IMG/VR virus record: IMGVR_UViG_3300004805_000007 | Location: 1-59,908 of that record | Strand: one strand, 5' to 3' | Source of the DNA: a virus | Lineage: Duplodnaviria; Caudoviricetes | DNA length: 59,908 nt | Part shown: in pieces, positions 52,806-59,908 of the stretch | Layout: each line of letters starts with the position of its first letter | Numbering within the stretch: the stretch's first letter is position 1 | Notes under the pieces: generated by a model | Databases searched by the model: none | Seen by the model: the letters and a program-made list of their open reading frames with translations, nothing else | What the model was told of the DNA's origin: nothing | Program-made: the position numbers and the translations under genes

Positions 52806-55616
52806 ATGATGAAAAACGATGTTTTAAAGCGGTCAATGTTTTCTACGCCTATGACCAAGGCGGCTAAGTCTTCAGGCATCATGGCCGGATTCAGTGATTC
52901 TGATATGCAGGATATGGCTCCGCCTGAGCAAGATACGATGCCTTCCATGGCCCGTACTCCTCAGAATCCAGAGATCCTGATGAACAACCTTCGCGGAGAC
53001 ATGCGCTCGATTGATGCCCGCCGCCAAGAGCTTGCTCTGATGGTTGGCGAGGACGCAGCAGATGAAACTCCTCCTGAAGTACTTGCAATGCTGCAAATGC
53101 AGCTTGGACAACAGCCGCAAGCACAGGGTATTGGCGCACTTCCCCAAAGCGCCGGTATGCAGCCTCCTCCCATGCCCGGGGCTCCCCCAACGGGTGCTGG
53201 TATGCCTCAAGGTGCTATGCCACCCGATCAAGGTGCTATGCCACCCCAAGGAGCCATGCCCCCGGGCATGGAGAGTGCTGGCCCTTTACCGCAGGGCGGT
53301 AGTCCCGCCCCACAAGGTTTTGCAGATGGCGGCTCAGTAAGCGGCGGCGGAAATATTGATTTGCACATCCCAATTGACATTGGCGGTGGAGCAGGGGGCA
53401 GCGGACAATTTGGAAATCTTCAAACCGACTTGCAGGGCGGTTACGGAGCAGGCGCTGGCCAACCTTCTCCTTTAATTTTCCCACAAGGGGGCGCAGGTCT
53501 TGGTGGCCTGTTTGGCCAATCCAATAATCAGTCTCAGGATGATTTTGTACAAAAACTTACGGAAGCATTGGGCAAACAACAGCCTATGCTTGGAGCTAAT
53601 AATCCATATCAACAACAGGTATTTGGGCTGCAACCGCAAGGGGCACAGGCGCAGCAGCCTGCCCCCTCAATGTTTTCCCATGGCGGTTCCGTAGAGCCGC
53701 CGACCTCGGACGGCATGCCTCCAATGCATGCGTTTATGGGCGCACTTGCAGCGCCTGCTACTCGCGCTGCTCAATTTATACAGGGCGTAGGAGCGCGGGC
53801 CGTGCCTTACTTACAGGAAGCCAATGCCGCACTGGGGCGCACATTTATGCAGCCCAGCATGACCCAGCCTTTCCTAGAAAATATTCGCGGAGCGGGCGGG
53901 CGCTACACGGCGGAACAAATCAACCGTGGCGGTGACCTAATTTATCCTACCCTGACGCAGGGTGTAGCTCAAGGCGCCTCAGCGTTGGCCAGCCAGTATC
54001 CAACGGCGGCGAAAGCTTTGGGGGCAGTGACAGCAGGTGCTGGTGCAATTGGTTCGGCCATGGGTTTATCGGGGGAAGAGTCAACTCCCTTGAGCCCCGA
54101 GGATCAAGCACGGTATGACCAGACGCAAGCAGCCATGGCAGAGGTCAATTCACCAATGAATACAGGAAAGAATCCGCGCTATAAGCAACCGGATTTTAAT
54201 CCCAAGGGCGTGGGGCCACGCAGCCAAGCGGCGCAAATGCTTCAGTATGAAAAAGCAAATGATACGCAAGATAGTAGCGTTGCCCGTGCTTTTACTGACA
54301 CCGATGTGCCCGAAAGCGATGTGTCTTCTTTTATCAATCAAAAACTAGCTGCAAGCGATGCAAAAGCAGCAGCGGGCGAAGGCGATACCACTCAGAAAGA
54401 CATCAAGGATGTGGCCCAGTCTCGTCTTGACCGCATAAAAAACCTTCGAGGTGATTATCAGGGTCTATACCGTGAACTGCTGGGTGGCGATAGCGAAGAT
54501 GCAAAGATGAATGCTTTGCTGCTTTTGTCCAATGCTGGATTTAAGTTTGCGGGCAGTAAAGCTCCCACCGCAGCCATGGCTTTAAGTGAAGCAGGCAGTG
54601 ATGTCGTCAAAGGCTTTGCATCCATCGTAGCTCAGCAACGTGAGCGTCAGTTAAAGGTGGATACCGCAGCGTTATCTCAAGCTATCACCGATGTAGATTC
54701 TCAAGACAAGTACGCTCAGGCCGTCAAACTTCAAATGCTCAAAGGTGATTACGAGCTTATTAAAGAAGAGTACAAAAATGGCGGAACCAAGCTTGAAGAT
54801 GCAGGCCTTGGTGGTCGTAATGCAATATCAAGACGTACCGGTAGTTTTGAAAAGTTTGGAATTGACCCCAATGATCCTGCCGTCACTTCTGCTATTACGA
54901 GCCCGTACACTCTAAACCCCACGGACAATCCTTTTGTCCGTAACATGGGCCAAGCGCCTACAGCGGTAGTGACTGATAAGGAAAGCCGATTGAAGCTGGG
55001 GCAAGCGTTGTCCGCAATTGACAACAACTTGAACACGATTGGCCAGATGAAGAACACCGTGGCAAATGCCTATTCTCCGGGCACATGGGTATCCAATAAG
55101 GTCAACAACATCTTTGTTCCTGTGAGCGGAGGCTTGCTTAAGCCTAACTTCAACACTGCCGATGCTGCTACCAAATTGCGCTCTGGATTTACTTCCGTGG
55201 CCAAGGGCTCCGCTGCTGCACAGGATACGGGACGTGTAGCCGTTCAACAACAAGAATGGGAGCAGAATAATCTTGCTGCCTTACAAGATCCAACAGCGTT
55301 CTTTAGCAACCCTGAAATTGCAGCAATAACGCTCAATTCTTTGGAGGCTACGCAGCGCAATGCACGTCAGTCTATCTTGACCCAGCTTGGGTACGAGAAG
55401 AACAACTATGTCATGGATACGCCCAATATCGGCACGAAGAACGATCCTTTTGTCATCCCAACTGACAAGGATTCCCAGCAATCGATGTTCACGTTCCTTG
55501 GAAGCACGATTGGTAAAACTACCAACCCGAACGCTTTGATCTACCTTAAGATGCCAAATGGGAATGTCAATGCGTTCAAGCCTGCACAACTGCAAGGTCT
55601 CATGGGGACTAAATAA
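52806..55616 (+). CDS. Putative ejection protein
   Basis: Low-complexity N-half with FADGG and FSHGG; helical C-half. Confidence 0.6.
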   Translation: MMKNDVLKRSMFSTPMTKAAKSSGIMAGFSDSDMQDMAPPEQDTMPSMARTPQNPEILMNNLRGDMRSIDARRQELALMVGEDAADETPPEVLAMLQMQLGQQPQAQGIGALPQSAGMQPPPMPGAPPTGAGMPQGAMPPDQGAMPPQGAMPPGMESAGPLPQGGSPAPQGFADGGSVSGGGNIDLHIPIDIGGGAGGSGQFGNLQTDLQGGYGAGAGQPSPLIFPQGGAGLGGLFGQSNNQSQDDFVQKLTEALGKQQPMLGANNPYQQQVFGLQPQGAQAQQPAPSMFSHGGSVEPPTSDGMPPMHAFMGALAAPATRAAQFIQGVGARAVPYLQEANAALGRTFMQPSMTQPFLENIRGAGGRYTAEQINRGGDLIYPTLTQGVAQGASALASQYPTAAKALGAVTAGAGAIGSAMGLSGEESTPLSPEDQARYDQTQAAMAEVNSPMNTGKNPRYKQPDFNPKGVGPRSQAAQMLQYEKANDTQDSSVARAFTDTDVPESDVSSFINQKLAASDAKAAAGEGDTTQKDIKDVAQSRLDRIKNLRGDYQGLYRELLGGDSEDAKMNALLLLSNAGFKFAGSKAPTAAMALSEAGSDVVKGFASIVAQQRERQLKVDTAALSQAITDVDSQDKYAQAVKLQMLKGDYELIKEEYKNGGTKLEDAGLGGRNAISRRTGSFEKFGIDPNDPAVTSAITSPYTLNPTDNPFVRNMGQAPTAVVTDKESRLKLGQALSAIDNNLNTIGQMKNTVANAYSPGTWVSNKVNNIFVPVSGGLLKPNFNTADAATKLRSGFTSVAKGSAAAQDTGRVAVQQQEWEQNNLAALQDPTAFFSNPEIAAITLNSLEATQRNARQSILTQLGYEKNNYVMDTPNIGTKNDPFVIPTDKDSQQSMFTFLGSTIGKTTNPNALIYLKMPNGNVNAFKPAQLQGLMGTK

Positions 55617-58600
55617 TGGCCGTAATCACCGATGCAAATGGGAATGATGTTGATCTAACAACGGGGGAGATTGTTGGGCGGGCAAACGCTGCCCCCGCAC
55701 AATCCCAGCAGCCCATTACTGAAGGACGCACTCCACAGGGTGTCCCTGCGCGGGAAACGAATTTAGACCTCTCTTCAAAGAGCCCTATGGATGCCGTGAC
55801 GGGCTTGGTCAACAATCTATCGTGGGGCTTTAACTCTGCACTTTTTGCACTGCCGGACTTGGCCTACAAGAAATTTGCAGAGGCCAATGGCCTTAAGGGC
55901 GAAGAGATCACGCAGCTTTCCAAGATCTTTAATCGTGGAGAAACTACGCCAAAGAACTCATACGAGCGCTATGCGCGGGCCATTGGCGAAGGCGCTGGAA
56001 TGACACTTCCCTTCACCGGAGTCTTGGGCGCGGTTGCCGCAGCACGCCCCATCACAGGTTTGATGGTTGCTCCTCAAGCGGGCATAAAAGGCGTACTCAA
56101 AGGTATTGCCGATGACACGCTCAACTACATTGCCAAGAACCCAATGCAGGCCGCTGCCACTGATGTGGCTTTTGGCTCAGCTTATGAGGGCTTGAAGCAA
56201 GCTGTGCAGGAGAACGTGGACGATAGCGATCCCAACAAAGGAATGCTTAAAGAAGTCCTTCCCGCTGCTGCCTTCTTGGGCCCCGCTGCATGGTACGCGG
56301 TTTCTCCTACGCGCAATGTGGCCAGTTGGGTAAAGAACAAAGTATCGGGCGCTACTATTAAACCTGCTGATTTAAGCGGAGTCCAACAAGAGGCACTGGA
56401 AAGCCTGCCAGCCGGTTACCAGCTTCCAATTATCAACATCTTCCCCCGCGCCATGCTTAAACGGGCGGAGCAAAAACTGGTCAATGTATTTGGCCCGATT
56501 GCCGAGAGCCCCGAAGCAAAGACTGCGCTTGACCAACTACAGACCGCGCTCCAAGACCCGCGAGTCGCGGAACACTTTCTTGTCAATGGCCAAAGCACTT
56601 TGGATGCCGCAGAGCAGACCATGTATGGCCCATTGCTGCAAGAAAAGGCACGTTTGTTGAATGAGCTTGGCCCAGCAGAGTTGGCCAGCGTCAAAGCACG
56701 GATCGCGGACAATCAACAGCGGTTTAGCGCACTGATGGATTCTTTTGCCCCAGAGACCCGCAAACCTATTGAAGAGGCCTTCCGCGCTGCACAGGCAGAT
56801 CGCCAAGCCTTTTTTGAAGACATGTTGCGCCAACAAAAGGATTTGACGGCAGGGGAGGTTGAAGCAATTTCCCAGCGCCTTGGCCCGCAGGATATCAATA
56901 ACCTAAACAATGAGTTGCGTGGTGTCATTGCTGCAAGCATGGAGATGGATTCCAATATGCGTAAAACCATATTGGGAAGAATGGGGCTGCGTCAGGGCAC
57001 TTCTCCAGAAGGATTGCCCATGCCTACCCGTGAACAAGGAGCTTCCTTGTTCCCCTCAGAGGACATGGAAATTGCCGCAACCAATTTGATTGAGAAGTAC
57101 AAGATTGACCGCCCCTCCATGCGCCTATCTTTGCCTGAGCCTATCAAGCTACTGAGCGATTTTGTCACCCGGCAGCAGCTTGCCCGCGACAAGATTGAGA
57201 CTAATATGTTGACGCAGTTGACCGATCAATCAATATCTGAGCAACTGATAGGTCTCCCCGAGGAGTTCCAAAAAGCACTTCGCAGTGAAGTGCTTAAAAC
57301 CATTAAAGGCGAGGTTGGCAGCAAAGGGCGCAAGCGGGGCGTGGCGCTCTCTGACCTTGCCAGCAAAGCTGATGCGCAGGGAAATATCTCCCTACCTTCC
57401 GGCTACCCCGGCAGGAACATCGTAATCAATCCTACGCAGATCAAGGCTGACGCTGCGCGAATCGCGGAGGAAAGCACCAAGATCGATATCAACATGCCTG
57501 AGGCACTTGACTATCTGTCCGCTGCCCAACGGTTCCGTAATGACTCTCTGTTCCGATACAACAACGCCATGAAAAATGGCCGTATGCGTATTACGGATGC
57601 GGACCGGTACATCAAGACGGGCGATTCGGTTTACAGCGATATTGAGAAATTGATCTTGGACCACGTGCCAAAGATCAACCGCAACTACGACAACATGAAG
57701 GGCATCCTCACGGACTATCGTGCTGGATATGAGCAGACGCTGCCTCTTTTGATCACCCAGAAGACCCGTGGTGGCGAGTCTTATTTGCTTCCTAACGAAC
57801 AGTTGATGCAAAAGGCTTTCTCTGATGCGGGGAGCTTGAAGCAGCTACAACTGACGCTTGGCAACCTACCACAGAGCGAGGACTTGCTTCGCCGGGGCAC
57901 GATTGACTGGCTGCGCAGCAAAGGTGTTGTCAACCAGCAAGGCTTGGTAGATCCGGCAAAGATTCGCTCGGTGCTGGACAAGAACTTGAACATTGTCAAT
58001 GCCCTTCCTGCCAACATCCAAGCGGAAGTCAAGAACGAAGTAGCGTTGGCTGACAGCTACGTTTCCCGTTTGGGAGAGCTTGATCAGCGGATGGTCACTG
58101 CAAAGAACGCAGAGTTGGATTCCATGCTGGCCAAGGCTTCCCGCGCTGATGCTGATCCCTCTACAGTGTTGCAAAAAGCTCTGTCTGACCCTGCCACCAT
58201 GCGCACGCTGGTCACTGAGTTTGGCAAAGACCCTGAGATGCTTAAATCCCTGCGTAGGTCTGTCTACGACATGGCCACGAAAGGAGCGCAAAAGGGCGGG
58301 GCGCTTAAAGGCTTCTTGGACCAGAACGACAAATCCCTAAAAGTTTTGTTTGGGGACACCACGCATTTACAAGACTTGAAGACCTTGGCCGACATGCAAC
58401 GCCGGGTAAATGCTTTTGCTGATGTGACGGGGCAGATCCCGGTGTTTGAGTCTACGGACGAGAAGCTGAAGCGCCTGTTTGGCTTTGGCATTCAATTCTT
58501 GACAACCACGGCCCGCGAAGCGGCAGTAGGCCGTATCAATCCCGAAACAGGGGCGCTTGCTTTGATGCTGCGCTTGGCTGGGAAAACTGAAACTCAGTTA

Positions 58601-59032
58601 TACCAGCGCCTGTTCACCAAAGCGCTGGAAGACCCCAAGTTTGCGCACTCCATCACGCATGTGGGCACGCCCCAGCAGGCTACCGCTGTCAATGGAATGC
58701 TCCAAGATATCGGCATTGACCTGAACAAGGTGTACCAAGCTCCTCGCATACCAACACCTACTACCGGCCAGCGGGCCGTGAAGCAGGCTGCAATAAAGGA
58801 GCTACAGCCTGATCAGGGCCGTCCCCAACCTACGGCGCAGCAGATGATGAGGGCACTGCCCCCAGCACCGTCTACAAGGGGCACAGCGCCTATAAACATG
58901 CGTGTTGGACCGCCGCCCTCCGCTGCGGCCCCTAACATACAATTAATGTACCCCGCCATGTTCCCCAATGACCCAATCAGCGGTCTCCTACAGCAGCGGC
59001 AAGCGCAAGCGCAACAAGGACCACAAAAATGA
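55616..59032 (+). CDS. Large putative ejection protein
   Basis: 1138 aa, helical, last of the large-gene cluster; ends LFP.DP-like (MFPNDPIS). Confidence 0.6.
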   Translation: MAVITDANGNDVDLTTGEIVGRANAAPAQSQQPITEGRTPQGVPARETNLDLSSKSPMDAVTGLVNNLSWGFNSALFALPDLAYKKFAEANGLKGEEITQLSKIFNRGETTPKNSYERYARAIGEGAGMTLPFTGVLGAVAAARPITGLMVAPQAGIKGVLKGIADDTLNYIAKNPMQAAATDVAFGSAYEGLKQAVQENVDDSDPNKGMLKEVLPAAAFLGPAAWYAVSPTRNVASWVKNKVSGATIKPADLSGVQQEALESLPAGYQLPIINIFPRAMLKRAEQKLVNVFGPIAESPEAKTALDQLQTALQDPRVAEHFLVNGQSTLDAAEQTMYGPLLQEKARLLNELGPAELASVKARIADNQQRFSALMDSFAPETRKPIEEAFRAAQADRQAFFEDMLRQQKDLTAGEVEAISQRLGPQDINNLNNELRGVIAASMEMDSNMRKTILGRMGLRQGTSPEGLPMPTREQGASLFPSEDMEIAATNLIEKYKIDRPSMRLSLPEPIKLLSDFVTRQQLARDKIETNMLTQLTDQSISEQLIGLPEEFQKALRSEVLKTIKGEVGSKGRKRGVALSDLASKADAQGNISLPSGYPGRNIVINPTQIKADAARIAEESTKIDINMPEALDYLSAAQRFRNDSLFRYNNAMKNGRMRITDADRYIKTGDSVYSDIEKLILDHVPKINRNYDNMKGILTDYRAGYEQTLPLLITQKTRGGESYLLPNEQLMQKAFSDAGSLKQLQLTLGNLPQSEDLLRRGTIDWLRSKGVVNQQGLVDPAKIRSVLDKNLNIVNALPANIQAEVKNEVALADSYVSRLGELDQRMVTAKNAELDSMLAKASRADADPSTVLQKALSDPATMRTLVTEFGKDPEMLKSLRRSVYDMATKGAQKGGALKGFLDQNDKSLKVLFGDTTHLQDLKTLADMQRRVNAFADVTGQIPVFESTDEKLKRLFGFGIQFLTTTAREAAVGRINPETGALALMLRLAGKTETQLYQRLFTKALEDPKFAHSITHVGTPQQATAVNGMLQDIGIDLNKVYQAPRIPTPTTGQRAVKQAAIKELQPDQGRPQPTAQQMMRALPPAPSTRGTAPINMRVGPPPSAAAPNIQLMYPAMFPNDPISGLLQQRQAQAQQGPQK

Positions 59033-59397
59033 TTGATAAGCTTATTGCTACGATGTTCCTTAGCCGCGAAGTGGCTCACAGGGAGCACTTACGGGTAACA
59101 GGTACGGGAAGTTTTTCCATTCACATGGCTCTGAACACTTTTTATCTTGAAATTGTAGAGCGGGCAGATGCGATTGTTGAAGCTTACCAAGGGCGGCATA
59201 CCATCATCTCCAACATTCCAATTTTGACCATGGAAATGGACAAGGATATCGACGATATCTTAGAGTCCCACATGAATGATATTGAAGACATGCGTTACTC
59301 TGCGGTGGACAAAAAAGACACCGCAATCCAGAACCTAATTGACGAAGCCGTGGCGCTTTATTTAAGCACCCTGTACAAACTCCGTAACTTGAAATAA
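59029..59397 (+). CDS. Ferritin-like four-helix protein (DUF5856-like)
   Basis: AHREHL...HMAL..FY..I.E.AD...EAYQG...NLIDE...TLYKL. Confidence 0.75.
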   Translation: MIDKLIATMFLSREVAHREHLRVTGTGSFSIHMALNTFYLEIVERADAIVEAYQGRHTIISNIPILTMEMDKDIDDILESHMNDIEDMRYSAVDKKDTAIQNLIDEAVALYLSTLYKLRNLK

Positions 59398-59408
59398 GTG
59401 AGAATAAT

Positions 59409-59908
59409 ATGGCTACATACGCTCCCGCCACTGTAACAGGGTCTGCTGTTGGAAGAATACCCGAAGGCGCAATAGGGGGCGTAGGCGCAGGCATAACAAA
59501 CGCTGTTGGCTCAATAGTAGGAAAAACTGTGGCACAGCAACAGCAAGAAGCCGCAACGAAAGCATTGCAAGAACGCCTTACCGCAATGTTGCAGAAGAAT
59601 CAGAATTTTCATACTGCACAGAACACAATGCTAAACCAAGCGCAGGCCGCTGCGCAAAAGCGCATGGCTTCGCATCAAGTGGCACAACCATATAACACTG
59701 CTGCGCCTTATGATTTTGCCCAGACACAGGCATACACCAACCCAACACAGAACCTTAAACAACTTCCCGCTAATTTTGACAAGAAAGATGTGGTAGCTCC
59801 CCCACTAGTTAAGATTGCCCCCCCAACTCAGGTCACCCCATTGCCTGCTCCCCCGCCCTTTGTCCCATTTACCCCGACAATACCCAAAGGCTATGGGGAT
59901 AAAATTCC
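59409..59908 (+). CDS. N-terminal part of a Pro-rich protein (open to the window end)
   Basis: ATG 59409 (MATYAPATVTG...) has no stop to the end and becomes Pro-rich like bases 1-330. Confidence 0.65.
   Translation, partial: MATYAPATVTGSAVGRIPEGAIGGVGAGITNAVGSIVGKTVAQQQQEAATKALQERLTAMLQKNQNFHTAQNTMLNQAQAAAQKRMASHQVAQPYNTAAPYDFAQTQAYTNPTQNLKQLPANFDKKDVVAPPLVKIAPPTQVTPLPAPPPFVPFTPTIPKGYGDKI

Noticed and set aside
1-59908. Alternative genetic code or integrated prophage
   Set aside because: Core genes are intact in code 11 using all three stops; no integrase, att site or host genes are visible

Overview
The window is a complete or nearly complete ~60 kb dsDNA tailed-phage genome. It looks podovirus-like: P22-type portal and tail-tube genes, large low-complexity ejection proteins, and no tape-measure or sheath genes. 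The two ends appear to be the two halves of one Pro-rich gene, which suggests a circularly permuted contig. Modules: replication (0.7-9.8 kb: PD-(D/E)xK exonuclease, SNF2 helicase, SSB-like protein, primase, UvrD helicase, PolA); a leftward array of small coupled ORFs (10-15.5 kb); an AT-rich, repeat-rich non-coding region (15.5-16 kb); TerS and a resolvase-like nuclease; six near-identical promoter/hairpin/SD expression cassettes (17.3-21.6 kb); a palindrome cluster; TerL; a 1408-aa polyvalent SLT/HExxH protein; portal, GroES, scaffold and capsid; neck, tail and tail fibre; lysis; ejection proteins. No integrase, recognisable repressor or CRISPR was seen. Main leads: (1) a recurrent [FYMLAK]-x-x-G-G motif at module boundaries in five putative virion/ejection proteins, a candidate processing or packaging signal; (2) the six-cassette regulon with a 17-bp palindromic box centred near -42 and a hairpin at +1; (3) structured non-coding elements: a double-pseudoknot RNA, two H-type pseudoknots before SD sites, a tRNA-like RNA with an expanded D-loop, a loop-E hairpin and two Y-shaped DNA palindromes. 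All product calls come from motif recognition by eye; no searches were run.
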